DNA of 64,000 nt from IMG/VR virus record IMGVR_UViG_3300013021_000001. One strand, written 5' to 3'. Below the pieces are notes generated by a model. It saw nothing but the letters and a program-made list of their open reading frames with translations. It was not told the DNA's origin and made no database searches. Positions 19,906 through 29,692 of this stretch are shown here, in pieces; positions within the stretch are counted from its first letter, which is position 1, and the number at the start of each line of letters is the position of its first letter. The DNA is from a virus. Its lineage: Duplodnaviria > Heunggongvirae > Uroviricota > Caudoviricetes. Position numbers and translations under genes: made by a program.

Positions 19906-20116
19906 TGATAAAGCAAACCAAGAAATTAACAAAAAAGACAGAGTTGATAAAGATTATGGTGGACACACAAAATACTGCAAGTTCTGCGGTAAACAGCTTA
20001 TTTTTGTAAAGACAGACCACAATGGTAATGTAAATCAGAACAGAAAAAAAGAGTGGGAAGCTTCTGTTTGTCATAAGTGCTGGCCAAAAGAAGTAAGAAG
20101 AAGACATAAAATATAA
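19892..20116 (+). CDS. Zinc-ribbon small basic protein
   Basis: ATG 19892 after GAGGGAAAAAG. CKFCGK…CHKCW. The track start 19799 lies inside the previous gene. Confidence 0.4.
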   Translation: MIQNSDKANQEINKKDRVDKDYGGHTKYCKFCGKQLIFVKTDHNGNVNQNRKKEWEASVCHKCWPKEVRRRHKI

Positions 20117-20137
20117 AATTATTGGGGGAAGATAGAG

Positions 20138-20800
20138 ATGAATTACCTTAAATTCTTAGTAAATGATAAACTAGTTGATGCTGAAGGAAACTTAGTAGGA
20201 GAAGAAGCTGACCTTAAGAATATGACAAACATCTATGGAATAACAAACTTAACAGATGAAGAAAAAAATATAGTATTTGGCAGTGAAATAAATGATATTA
20301 AAAATTATAATGTAAAAGTTATAGTTATTAAAATTTTAGAAAGTTTACCAAATGAATTTTGGTTTAGGCCTAATAAATCAGAGTACGGCAAAACTCCTGA
20401 AGATGAAGAAGGTGTCGGAGGAGCTGTGCTCCACTCTAAAAAGGCATTTAAAATAGCTAAAAAGCTAATTAAAGCTTGGGATATTAGCGATTACAAGCGT
20501 GATATTGTACTTGCAGCAACACTTTTACATGATTGTTTTTTAGATTCATTTTCTACTGCTGATAAAGATGAAATTTTTCACTTGCATTTGATTCAGCCAA
20601 GAATTAAATTTTTAGACTATGAATACTTGATAGCAAACGAAGAAGATAAAGATGCTTTTGACTTGATAATGAAGGGGATTGAAGGCCACACAGGGGGTAA
20701 GTGCTTAATTCAATCTTTAAGGTATAGAAAAGAGAATGATTTTCTTAAGATAGTACATATTGCCGATTTTTTGGCAAATGACCAGGAGGTGGTAAAATAA
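20138..20800 (+). CDS. HD-domain phosphohydrolase-like protein
   Basis: H…HD…H…D pattern (AVLHSKK… ATLLHDCF…GIEGHTGG). Confidence 0.35.
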   Translation: MNYLKFLVNDKLVDAEGNLVGEEADLKNMTNIYGITNLTDEEKNIVFGSEINDIKNYNVKVIVIKILESLPNEFWFRPNKSEYGKTPEDEEGVGGAVLHSKKAFKIAKKLIKAWDISDYKRDIVLAATLLHDCFLDSFSTADKDEIFHLHLIQPRIKFLDYEYLIANEEDKDAFDLIMKGIEGHTGGKCLIQSLRYRKENDFLKIVHIADFLANDQEVVK

Positions 20801-20841
20801 ATAAATTTCTAGTATTTTTAGACAATGTAGAGATTTTTTTA

Positions 20842-21105
20842 ATGTCGCATGTTTCAACAATAAGCTATGTCTTAGGTTTAATCTTCGGAATATTATCAAT
20901 GGTCGTTTTTGTTAATTACTCATTAATATACTCAGCTTTAACACTGCTTTCAGGTTTTATAGTCTTTGAAGTATACAGGTATACATTCGCTGGAGAACCC
21001 GACTTTGTAATGCATTTTGACAAAGAGGATTTAGAAGACGGAGATGATTTTGGCAAAATAATGAGTAAAGTAATTGAAGAAGCAGAAAAGAGAGAGGATG
21101 ATTAG
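20842..21105 (+). CDS. Small membrane protein
   Basis: Two hydrophobic helices followed by an acidic tail. Confidence 0.35.
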   Translation: MSHVSTISYVLGLIFGILSMVVFVNYSLIYSALTLLSGFIVFEVYRYTFAGEPDFVMHFDKEDLEDGDDFGKIMSKVIEEAEKREDD

Positions 21106-21739
21106 TTTGTTTATAGTATTTGAAGGGCCCGATTGGGTCGGGAAATCAACCCTCTTAGAAAGCGTGGGAGAGGCCTTAAGGGCTTCTCCTTCCTTTAATA
21201 AGAGAGTATTGACAACTAAAGAGCCGGGAGGCTCAGAGTTTGGTTTAAAGTTAAGAAAGATTTTATTTGATAAAAATGAAAAAATATCTCCTTTAACTGA
21301 AACATTAATATTCCTGGCTGATAGGGCTGAACATACAAAAACATTAATAGAAAAAGAAAATGATGACAACACTATAATATTAAGTGATAGATACGACCTT
21401 TCAACAGCTGTCTATCAGTGCATGGAAAAGGGAGTTTTAGACTACAAAGATTTATTTAAGATAGAAGAGATGTTAGGATTTCCAACTCCGGATATGGGCG
21501 TTATAATGATAGCTAACGAACCATTTATCAGTAATGAAGCAGATACCTTTATGGAAAAATACAATTATGATTGGGACGGATTAAATAGAAAGTTTATAAC
21601 TCTAACTAAAAATCATAATTTAAAAATGCTTGATTACCCCAAAGTAATAATCAACTCAAGCCTTCATTCTATAGAAGAATCAACCGATAAAATATTAAAA
21701 GAGATAAAAACTTTAAAAGTGGACGGATTTGTGTTATAA
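21098..21739 (+). CDS. tmk: Thymidylate kinase
   Basis: FIVFEGPDWVGKSTL P-loop, TKEPGGSEFG, and LIFLADRAEH DRX motif. ATG 21098 is preferred; TTG 21074 is an alternative start. Confidence 0.8.
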   Translation: MISLFIVFEGPDWVGKSTLLESVGEALRASPSFNKRVLTTKEPGGSEFGLKLRKILFDKNEKISPLTETLIFLADRAEHTKTLIEKENDDNTIILSDRYDLSTAVYQCMEKGVLDYKDLFKIEEMLGFPTPDMGVIMIANEPFISNEADTFMEKYNYDWDGLNRKFITLTKNHNLKMLDYPKVIINSSLHSIEESTDKILKEIKTLKVDGFVL

Positions 21740-21790
21740 TTAGTTTAGTGAAGTAAAATAAACAAATCAACATAATATGAGGTGAATTAA

Positions 21791-22534
21791 TTGGAAATAG
21801 AATATCAAGCACTATTAGATTTTTTAGCATGTCCTGCCTTATATCTTTTCAAGCATCAAAGAAAAGACAAGGTTGAAAGCTACATGGGCAGAAAAGTAAT
21901 AGACGACATATTAACAAATACTATTTACTTTTTTTATAACACAATCCTTGAAGAAGAAAGAATACCTTCAGAAACTGAATTAAAAAATTTTTATGGAACT
22001 CAATTTGCTGAAAAAGAAGATTTGCTAAAATTTAAAACAAGCCAGCAAAAAAAGAGATATACACAAAAGTATCCGGGAGAGTTCATCAAAAAGTTTTACA
22101 TTAAACACAGGGATAACCCAGGAATACCGATAGCCGTAAATGAAAAGTTTGATGTTGAACTTGAAAATCACAAAATAAAAAACTGCAACTTGCAGCTGGT
22201 AAAGATGGTAGATAAAAAAACGCATATAATGTATTTCAGTAATGCTTCTCATAATCCTGATACATTTAGAAAAAATAATGACCTTAAATTTTCTCTTATG
22301 AGTTATGGATTCAGGAATATATTTAAGCAAAAAGAAGATAAGTTTATTTATAACAGTGTAAGAAAAGGAAAGTTTTTGGAGATATACAGAAGCAATTGGC
22401 AGTTTAAGAAGATGGTTGCAACTCTTGATAATATTGCAGAGATTATCAACCAGGAGCTTTACTGGCAGAATATAAACTACTTATGCAAGTCTTGTCCATA
22501 CAGCGAGATTTGTTATAACTGGCGCGGGAGGTGA
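21791..22534 (+). CDS. Hypothetical protein, possibly a PD-(D/E)XK Cas4/RecB-like nuclease with a C-terminal Cys cluster
   Basis: C-terminal CKSCPYSEICYNW cluster. Weak call. Confidence 0.25.
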   Translation: MEIEYQALLDFLACPALYLFKHQRKDKVESYMGRKVIDDILTNTIYFFYNTILEEERIPSETELKNFYGTQFAEKEDLLKFKTSQQKKRYTQKYPGEFIKKFYIKHRDNPGIPIAVNEKFDVELENHKIKNCNLQLVKMVDKKTHIMYFSNASHNPDTFRKNNDLKFSLMSYGFRNIFKQKEDKFIYNSVRKGKFLEIYRSNWQFKKMVATLDNIAEIINQELYWQNINYLCKSCPYSEICYNWRGR

Positions 22535-22657
22535 TTTTGATGTCCAAAAAAATTAACATAATTGAAGACCAAGAAAAAGGCTTAAAGATTGGCGAAGAAT
22601 GGTCAGGTAATTTATCAGAATCTGAATCAGACGAAGAAAAAAACAAAGAGGAAGTAG

Positions 22658-23221
22658 ATGATACAGAAGATGAAAAAGAGGATACTAGGGATTGACCCGA
22701 GCATCACCAGCACCGGCTGGGCAGTTTTGGAATATGAGGAAGACGAACTTGTAAATATAATAACACCTGAAAAAGAAGAGAGTTTGTTTAAAGGTAACTA
22801 CAAACCAGAGCTTTTAGATTATGACAATATAGAAACAGATTCGGATAAGACAGATAGAAAAAGATTTTATCAAATATATGAACAGCTAGAAAAAATTATT
22901 AAATTTTATAAGCCTGAAATAATAAGTATTGAAGACCAATACAGCTCTCTTAACCCTAAAACTTTAAAAAGATTAAGTCATGTAAGAGGGGTTTGCATGT
23001 TTTTAGCAGAGATGTATCAAAAAGATATGTACTTATATTATCCTACAAGTGTAAAAAAAATAGCTTCAGGAAATGGAAGAGCTTCAAAGGAAGAGATGAC
23101 AGAAGCAATAAATGAATACTTTGATTTAGGGTTAAATTTTAAGAAAGAAAATGATAAAGCAGATGCTATAGGAATCGCACTTTCTTTTCTTTTCAATAAG
23201 AAAAAGGGGCAAAAAATATAG
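22658..23221 (+). CDS. ruvC: Holliday-junction resolvase RuvC
   Basis: RILGIDPSITSTGWAVL, IEDQYSS, and KADAIGIALSF match the RuvC catalytic motifs. Confidence 0.8.
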   Translation: MIQKMKKRILGIDPSITSTGWAVLEYEEDELVNIITPEKEESLFKGNYKPELLDYDNIETDSDKTDRKRFYQIYEQLEKIIKFYKPEIISIEDQYSSLNPKTLKRLSHVRGVCMFLAEMYQKDMYLYYPTSVKKIASGNGRASKEEMTEAINEYFDLGLNFKKENDKADAIGIALSFLFNKKKGQKI

Positions 23222-23236
23222 AAGGCGTGATAATAA

Positions 23237-23530
23237 ATGAAATTTAATTTTGATAATTTCGATGTAGAAATGAGCTTTGATGAAATTTTTTCTGAACACC
23301 CACAGGATATTAAAGATTTTTTATGCATGTTAGGACAGGTAGACAAAGAAAGTCAAACTTTAGGGACTGAGATTGAATTTTTATTTTTTAATCCTTTTGA
23401 TAGTGCGGAAACAAACTTGTTAGTTGATAAAGGTTTGGATGATGGGTTTTCTGGAGATTACAATGGAAATATAGAAGATACTTTGAGGAAGTTAATAGAA
23501 GATTTTGAAGAGGGAAATTATGATGAGTGA
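23237..23530 (+). CDS. Hypothetical acidic protein
   Basis: 97-aa ORF. Confidence 0.3.
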   Translation: MKFNFDNFDVEMSFDEIFSEHPQDIKDFLCMLGQVDKESQTLGTEIEFLFFNPFDSAETNLLVDKGLDDGFSGDYNGNIEDTLRKLIEDFEEGNYDE

Positions 23531-24341
23531 AAAACTAAAGCTAATAGAAGAATACAAAAAAGGAAATAAAGAGTCAGGACAAAAACTTTTAGACATGTAT
23601 GATGCATTCATAAAAAACTTTGTTTCGCTTATTTATCACGGCTCTTATAAAAGCAACACTTCAGTTAAAAACTTTCTTAGACTTCTTCAGCCAGGAGGCA
23701 GCTCTTCAGTAGAAGAATTAACCAATGTTGTAAGTGTTATTAACGCAATATATTCAGCATATGATTTTGAAGATGTCTATCAGGATGTAAAATTATCTTT
23801 TTTAATTTCTTTAGATGTTTTTGATATATCAGAATATGATGAGAGAAAAGAAGTTGAAAGTCCATTTGATTATTTCTTGTCAATTTATTTTCCTTATATA
23901 CTAAAAAACAATACAGTAGACAATGTAAAGACAGAACCTTTATCAGATAATATAGAAAAGTGGCCTATGCAAAATCCATTTTTAGTCACAGAAAAAGATG
24001 AAGTTTCAAAAACAAGTATTGATAGAGATTGGGTTAATGGAAATACATGCAACAATAGATTTTCTGATTTAACAATTGAAGAAAGGTTAATTTTAAAACT
24101 AAGATTTGAAGACCATTTAATCTTAGACGAAATAGGTGAGAGATTAGGAAAATCTAAATCATCAATTTCAAGAAGGATTAATACTATCAGAAATAAACTT
24201 GAAAAAATAAAAGATAAGAACATAGAGAATAAAATAATAGCTAATGAGTACTTAGTTAATAACAAAACTGTTGAAGAAATAGGAGATATGCTGGATAAAA
24301 CTCCGATGACAATCTATAGAAGATTAAAAAATATAAAATAA
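23520..24341 (+). CDS. Sigma-70-family-like transcription factor (phage sigma factor candidate)
   Basis: N-terminal region-2-like helix (LLDMYDAFIKNFVSLIYH). C-terminal region-4-like HTH LTIEERLILKLRFEDHLILDEIGERLGKSKSSISRRINTIRNKL plus a second HTH. ATG 23520 after GAAGAGGGAAATT. Confidence 0.45.
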   Translation: MMSEKLKLIEEYKKGNKESGQKLLDMYDAFIKNFVSLIYHGSYKSNTSVKNFLRLLQPGGSSSVEELTNVVSVINAIYSAYDFEDVYQDVKLSFLISLDVFDISEYDERKEVESPFDYFLSIYFPYILKNNTVDNVKTEPLSDNIEKWPMQNPFLVTEKDEVSKTSIDRDWVNGNTCNNRFSDLTIEERLILKLRFEDHLILDEIGERLGKSKSSISRRINTIRNKLEKIKDKNIENKIIANEYLVNNKTVEEIGDMLDKTPMTIYRRLKNIK

Positions 24342-24344
24342 GGG

Positions 24345-24719
24345 ATGATATGTATGGCTTCTAAGAGATGGACAGCTACAGAAATGTTTTATCTTCTGCA
24401 ATATCCAAGGCTTTCAGCTAAAGAATTGTCTAAAGTTATAAACAGGACTGAAAATGCTATAAAGTGTAAAATCAATAATTTAAATATTAGTGATGATTAT
24501 AAAAACGAGAGAAGTGAAGAAGAATCTATAAATGTTTTTTGTTCAGATTGTCTTTATAGTCATAAAACATGTGGCCAAAATGTAAAAGATTGCCTAAATG
24601 ATGAGGCCTCAAAGCTTTATAAAAGATTTTATAATGTAAACTTAAACGAAGACCTTAAAGATAAAAAAATAGTAATAAATAAAAAACAGAAAGTAAAAAA
24701 TAAACGGTTAATAATTTAA
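24345..24719 (+). CDS. Hypothetical protein
   Basis: 124-aa ORF. Confidence 0.3.
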   Translation: MICMASKRWTATEMFYLLQYPRLSAKELSKVINRTENAIKCKINNLNISDDYKNERSEEESINVFCSDCLYSHKTCGQNVKDCLNDEASKLYKRFYNVNLNEDLKDKKIVINKKQKVKNKRLII

Positions 24720-24731
24720 AGGGGGAGTAAA

Positions 24732-27700
24732 ATGTCGTTTTATGTAATTAAAAGAGACGGAAGAAAAGTAGAATATAAAAATAAAAAAATTAAAGATGCA
24801 GTTTATAAAGCAGCGAAGGCAACAGCAGAAAAAAAAGGTGAAGATTTTTGGAATTTTGTTGCAAATAATATTGTTGAAGAAATAGAAGATAATATAAGTG
24901 GAATGATTAGTTCTGGATTAAACTCTGTTAATGTTGAGACTTTACAGGATATTGTTGAGTATGAATTAATGGAAAACAGACATTATGAAATAGCAAAAAA
25001 CTATATATTATATAGAAAGCAGCATGAAAAGTATAGAGATGCTCAAAAACTATACAATGGAATAAATGATACAGTTAATAATTACCTTGATTTAAGCAAT
25101 TGGAAAGTTAATGAGAACTCCAATATGGGTTATAGTCTTCAGGGTTTAAATAATCATATAGCAAGCGAGGTGACAGGCCATTATTGGTTAAATGAAATTT
25201 ACCCTAAACACATTAAAGAAAAGCATGTAAGTGGAGATTTGCACATTCACGACCTTGCTAATTTAAGTAATTACTGTTGTGGATGGGACCTTCAGGATTT
25301 ATTATTGGAAGGTTTTTCAGGAGTGTCAACCAAGATAGAGTCGGCACCACCAAAACACTTCAGAACTGCTTTAGGACAAATGGTTAATTTTTTATATACT
25401 TTACAGGGAGAGAGTTCTGGAGCTCAAGCTTTTTCAAGTTTCGATACTTATCTTGCACCGTTTGTATCTTATGATGGACTTGATTATGATGAAGTTTATC
25501 AGGCTATGCAGGAATTTATTTTTAATTTAAATGTACCGACACGGGTTGGATTTCAAAGTCCTTTTACAAATTTAACTATGGATTTAGTTTGTCCATCAAA
25601 TATGGCAGAGGACCCAGCTATTATTGGTGGCGAAATGCTTTATGACATGCCGCTTAAAAATTTCCAGAAGGAAATGGACATGATTAACAAGGCTTTTGCT
25701 GAGGTTATGCTGGCGGGAGATTCAAAAGGAAGAGTATTTTCTTTCCCTATTCCTACTTATAACATTACTCCAGATTTTGATTGGGATAACGAAATATTAA
25801 ATCCTGTTTGGGAAATGACAGCCAAGTACGGAATTCCATATTTTGCGAACTTCGTCAATTCCGATATGAAAGCTGAAGACGCTCGCTCAATGTGTCCACT
25901 TGACGGAAAAGAAAAGGTATTAGTTAAAACAGGTGATGACAATGTAAGATACTCCCAAATTAACCACACATATTATGACACTAAAGATAATGATGATATA
26001 TTAGTCTATTCTGATGGTAAATTTATAGAAGGTCGATTCAATAAGTTTGAAAATCAAAATATGATAAATGTAAGATTGGTTAACGGGCATGAGATAAAGA
26101 TGACTGAAGAACATTTAAATTTTGTTATCAAAAATAAAAATAAAGATATTGAAGAAATGTCAGGAAAAGACTTAAAAGAAGGTTATTATCTACCTTATAG
26201 CTTAACAAGTTTTAAAGGCGAAGGAGGAACTTATGACCTTGGCTATTTAATAGGAGCTTTTGCAGGAGACGGAAGCTGTGATAAAAATACAGGAACTGTT
26301 TTTTCTTTAAATAATAATACCAAGCTAACAGTGCTTGAAAATTTAAAAGAAATACTGACTAAACTTTTTGGGGCTAAATTTACCGAAAAAGAAGAAAAAA
26401 ATAATGTAGTTAAACTTTCAACATATAATCCAGCAGTAAAATCAATGATTGAAAGTTTTGTTGATGGGGATAATGCATTAAATAAATACTTCAAAGCAAA
26501 TGTTTTTGAAATGAGCAAACACTTTAGAACAGGATTATTTGATGGCTATTATGAAACTGATGGAGGAAACAAAAATAGAATTTATACATCATCAGAAAAA
26601 ATGGTAGAAAGCTTAAATATGTTAGCTGCTACTCTGGGAACAACAACCAATGTTTATACTGATGACAGAAAAAAAAGTGATGGAAGACTAGGAGATAATC
26701 CAAATTATGCTGTTTTATTTTACAAATTAAATAGAAATAGTTATGGCGACGTTTGGTTTAAAAAAGACTCAAAACTGTGGATGAAAATAGATAAAGTTGA
26801 AAAACTAAAAGAAAAACAAACGGCTTATTGTTTTGAAGTCAAAGATGGAGAACCAATGTTTACGGTTGGCACAACTGGAATCTTGACTCATAACTGCAGG
26901 CTGCGCCTTGATAATCGGCAATTAAGAAAGCGAGGAGGAGGTTTATTCGGCTCATCGCCTATGACAGGCTCTATCGGTGTAGTAACACTTAATATGCCCA
27001 GAATTGGACTTTTAGCAGAAAATACTGATGATTATTTAGAGAGAGTCTATGAATTAATGGATATTGCAAAAGAAAGTTTAGAAATTAAAAGAAGAATTTT
27101 AGAAGAGTTAACAGATGCAGGTCTTTACCCTTATTCTAAGTTTTATCTAAGAAGTATTAAGGAACGTTTTGGAGAGTACTGGAAAAATCACTTTAATACA
27201 ATCGGATTAAATGGAATGAATGAATCTGTTATGAATTTCTTAGGAAAAGATATGACAGAACATGAAGCTATTAAATTTACTAAATGGGTTATGTACAAAA
27301 TGAAAGAAAGAATGGTGGAGTACCAGGAAGAAACAAGTGACCTTTTTAACCTTGAAGCTACTCCAGCTGAAGGAACAAGCTATAGATTGGCCAAATCAGA
27401 CCTTGATAAGTTTGGGAAAGAAGAAGCTGTTTTTGCTAATGATAAAAGGGTTTATACAGAAGATGCTGACCCGTATTACACTAATTCAACTCAGCTACCT
27501 GTAGGGGCTACAGACGACCCTTTTGAAGCTTTAGATTGGCAGGATGAACTTCAGAAAAATTATACAGGAGGAACAGTTTTACATTTATTTCTAGGAGAGA
27601 GAATGCCTGGAATAGAGGCTACCAAAAAGTTTGTTAAAAGAGTTGCTGAAAATTATGAACTTCCTTATTACTCTATTACTCCTACTTTTAGTATTTGTCC

Positions 27701-27773
27701 AATACATGGGTATCTGCCAGGAGAACACGAATTCTGTCCTAAGTGTGATGCTGAAAACGGATATGAGGGTTAG
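24732..27773 (+). CDS. nrdD: Anaerobic ribonucleoside-triphosphate reductase NrdD (class III), with intein; lacks the glycyl-radical C-terminus
   Basis: N-terminal ATP-cone VIKRDGRKVEY. Active-site region SM|C…N|CRLRLD split by a 334-aa insertion. C-terminal zinc site CPIHG…CPKC; the ORF then ends with tandem stops without an RVxG[YF]…NxGK region. Confidence 0.85.
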   Translation: MSFYVIKRDGRKVEYKNKKIKDAVYKAAKATAEKKGEDFWNFVANNIVEEIEDNISGMISSGLNSVNVETLQDIVEYELMENRHYEIAKNYILYRKQHEKYRDAQKLYNGINDTVNNYLDLSNWKVNENSNMGYSLQGLNNHIASEVTGHYWLNEIYPKHIKEKHVSGDLHIHDLANLSNYCCGWDLQDLLLEGFSGVSTKIESAPPKHFRTALGQMVNFLYTLQGESSGAQAFSSFDTYLAPFVSYDGLDYDEVYQAMQEFIFNLNVPTRVGFQSPFTNLTMDLVCPSNMAEDPAIIGGEMLYDMPLKNFQKEMDMINKAFAEVMLAGDSKGRVFSFPIPTYNITPDFDWDNEILNPVWEMTAKYGIPYFANFVNSDMKAEDARSMCPLDGKEKVLVKTGDDNVRYSQINHTYYDTKDNDDILVYSDGKFIEGRFNKFENQNMINVRLVNGHEIKMTEEHLNFVIKNKNKDIEEMSGKDLKEGYYLPYSLTSFKGEGGTYDLGYLIGAFAGDGSCDKNTGTVFSLNNNTKLTVLENLKEILTKLFGAKFTEKEEKNNVVKLSTYNPAVKSMIESFVDGDNALNKYFKANVFEMSKHFRTGLFDGYYETDGGNKNRIYTSSEKMVESLNMLAATLGTTTNVYTDDRKKSDGRLGDNPNYAVLFYKLNRNSYGDVWFKKDSKLWMKIDKVEKLKEKQTAYCFEVKDGEPMFTVGTTGILTHNCRLRLDNRQLRKRGGGLFGSSPMTGSIGVVTLNMPRIGLLAENTDDYLERVYELMDIAKESLEIKRRILEELTDAGLYPYSKFYLRSIKERFGEYWKNHFNTIGLNGMNESVMNFLGKDMTEHEAIKFTKWVMYKMKERMVEYQEETSDLFNLEATPAEGTSYRLAKSDLDKFGKEEAVFANDKRVYTEDADPYYTNSTQLPVGATDDPFEALDWQDELQKNYTGGTVLHLFLGERMPGIEATKKFVKRVAENYELPYYSITPTFSICPIHGYLPGEHEFCPKCDAENGYEG
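25893..26894 (+). mobile_element. Intein in NrdD with LAGLIDADG homing-endonuclease domain (334 aa)
   Basis: Begins CPLDG and ends ILTHN followed by C. Two LAGLIDADG motifs (LGYLIGAFAGDGS and FRTGLFDGYYETDGG). Confidence 0.8.
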
Positions 27774-27776
27774 TAA

Positions 27777-28196
27777 ATGTATATTTTAAAATATTTACTT
27801 TATGTTTTAGAACACAAATGGAATGTTTTTAAAATTGCAATGGGTAAGGGTATGTTCGTTCATGCTTTTACCCATGATTTATCTAAATTAACTGGTAGCG
27901 AATTTTGGGCTTATGCAGGATATTTTTATAAAGATAAAGAAAAATACAAGCACCGATTTGAGATGGCATGGAGACACCACTATTATAATAATCCTCACCA
28001 TTGGAATCACTGGATAGGCCCACAGGGAAAACCTATGGAGATACCACTAAAATATATTCAACAAATGGTAGTTGACTGGGAGGCTATGAGTTTGAAATTT
28101 GGTGACACAGCCAAAGAGTATTACTTAAATAATAAAGAAAAAATTAAATTAACCGATAAGACAAGAACTATTTTAGAAAATGAATTAGAAATTTAA
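27777..28196 (+). CDS. Hypothetical His/Trp-rich protein
   Basis: 139-aa ORF immediately after the nrdD stops. Confidence 0.35.
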   Translation: MYILKYLLYVLEHKWNVFKIAMGKGMFVHAFTHDLSKLTGSEFWAYAGYFYKDKEKYKHRFEMAWRHHYYNNPHHWNHWIGPQGKPMEIPLKYIQQMVVDWEAMSLKFGDTAKEYYLNNKEKIKLTDKTRTILENELEI

Positions 28197-28207
28197 GGGG
28201 GTTAAAT

Positions 28208-28810
28208 ATGATATATATCTTAATGGGACCTTCAGGCTCTGGTAAAACTGCAATCGGTAAAGGCTCAGGATTACCTGAGCTTGTATCCCACACCTCAAGA
28301 GATATGAGAAAAGGAGAAGTTCACGGAGAGACTTACTATTTTGTTACCAAAAAAGACATAGACAAAATGAATAAAGCTGAGTTTACAGAATACGCCGGCA
28401 ACTATTACTGCCTCTCAACAAGAGAAGTTGAAAGAAAGTTAGAGGATAACGATTCTGTATTTGTAATTATGGACAGAAACGGAGTCAGACAAATGAAAGG
28501 CATGTATGGTGATGAGGTTAGAGTTATCTACATTGATGTACCATTCTATCAGCTTGCAAAAAGACTTTATAAAAGAGATGGGTTTAAAGCTGCATTCAAG
28601 AGAGTTTGGCACATGATTAAGACTCGTGAAAGAAAAAATAAAGAAATAGCGGACTACACTATTAAAAATAATGATGGAGAGCTTAAAAAGTCTATTGCTA
28701 TTTTTTATGAAATTATAAGGCTACATGGATTAGTGGAGATTGGCTTTGAGCAAATGCCAGCAGATGAAAAAGCTTTTGTAAAAAGGTTTGGTGAGGGTTT
28801 AAATGATTAA
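28208..28810 (+). CDS. Guanylate-kinase-like nucleoside-monophosphate kinase
   Basis: P-loop ILMGPSGSGKT. SHTSRDMRKGEVHGETYYFV…EFTEYAGNYY matches the Gmk TTR.PR.GE.DG.DY.FV…F.E.A…GN.YG pattern. Confidence 0.55.
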   Translation: MIYILMGPSGSGKTAIGKGSGLPELVSHTSRDMRKGEVHGETYYFVTKKDIDKMNKAEFTEYAGNYYCLSTREVERKLEDNDSVFVIMDRNGVRQMKGMYGDEVRVIYIDVPFYQLAKRLYKRDGFKAAFKRVWHMIKTRERKNKEIADYTIKNNDGELKKSIAIFYEIIRLHGLVEIGFEQMPADEKAFVKRFGEGLND

Positions 28811-29519
28811 ATTTGCAGGAATACAAAAGACTTCTTTGATGGATTATCCAGAACATATTTCTACAATCTTATTTACTCAGGGTTGTAATTTACGATGTCC
28901 TTACTGCCACAACCCATCATTAATAAGTGAAGATATAAAAGACAAAGAAAATTTAATTAACGAAGATGAAATTTTAATGTTCCTAAACGAAAGAAAAGGA
29001 AAGATAGATGGAGTTACTATTACTGGTGGAGAGCCCTTAATGCAGGATATTGATGATTTAAAATTATTCCTTGAAAAAGTTAAAACTATGGGATTAAAAG
29101 TTAAGATTGATACTAACGGTTCCTATCCTAAAAAACTTTTATACCTTGCGTCTTCTGGTCTTATAGATTATATAGCAATGGATTTTAAAATGCCATATGA
29201 GAGATACGGCTCATTAGGAGGCAAGATTAATTTAGATAAGATTAAACGCTCTTTATATAATATATATCAGGCCAAAGAAAAATATGATGTTCAGTATGAA
29301 ATCAGAACCACAGTAGTACCAGGAATGCATGAAAGTGAGGACATTAGAGAAATCGCCTATCAGATAATAAATTCTGACTGGTATTTTATCCAGAATTTCA
29401 AAGGTGATTCTACTTATAATAAAGAACTCTGTGGCAAAAATGGTTTTAGTGAAAAAAAGTTAAAGGAATTTAAAAGCATTGCTGAAGAGTATATTGATAA
29501 TGTAAGAATAAGAAATTAA
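28803..29519 (+). CDS. nrdG: Anaerobic RNR activating enzyme NrdG (radical SAM)
   Basis: GCNLRCPYCHNP CxxxCxxC cluster. ITGGEPL SAM-binding motif. Start overlaps the upstream gene (ATGA). Confidence 0.75.
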   Translation: MIKFAGIQKTSLMDYPEHISTILFTQGCNLRCPYCHNPSLISEDIKDKENLINEDEILMFLNERKGKIDGVTITGGEPLMQDIDDLKLFLEKVKTMGLKVKIDTNGSYPKKLLYLASSGLIDYIAMDFKMPYERYGSLGGKINLDKIKRSLYNIYQAKEKYDVQYEIRTTVVPGMHESEDIREIAYQIINSDWYFIQNFKGDSTYNKELCGKNGFSEKKLKEFKSIAEEYIDNVRIRN

Positions 29520-29537
29520 AGAAAGGAGGTGGTAATT

Positions 29538-29666
29538 ATGGAAAGCAAAAGAACTAGATGTGAAATTTATTCCAGAGTTGTTGGGTTTTTAACACCTATC
29601 TCTCATTGGAATAAAGGAAAAAAAGAAGAGTGGAAAGACAGAAAAACATTTGATAAAGTACTGTAA
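29538..29666 (+). CDS. Stand-alone 42-aa ORF encoding the NrdD glycyl-radical motif region
   Basis: ATG 29538 after AAAGGAGGTGGTAATT. YSRVVGFLTPISHWNKGKKEEWKDRKTF matches the class III RNR Gly-radical region RVCGYLG…N.GK.EE.K.R. Confidence 0.55.
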   Translation: MESKRTRCEIYSRVVGFLTPISHWNKGKKEEWKDRKTFDKVL

Positions 29667-29692
29667 ATATCTCTTAAAGGGGGAGGTATTAA

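Noticed and set aside
21074-21097. TTG start for tmk giving an extra MKKQKRER N-terminus
   Set aside because: ATG 21098 yields the canonical MISLFIVFEGPD Tmk N-terminus. The TTG start has no RBS and overlaps the upstream gene.
22540-22695. 51-aa acidic ORF with good RBS overlapping the ruvC start by 38 nt
   Set aside because: Low complexity (E/D/K-rich) and substantial overlap with a well-supported gene. Possibly real but not supportable.
27750-27773. NGYEG at the very end of the main NrdD ORF considered as the glycyl-radical motif itself
   Set aside because: It is only 4 residues after the last Zn-ribbon Cys (about 15 expected) and the protein stops 2 residues later. The conserved region following the radical Gly is absent, whereas the full motif is present in the downstream mini-ORF.
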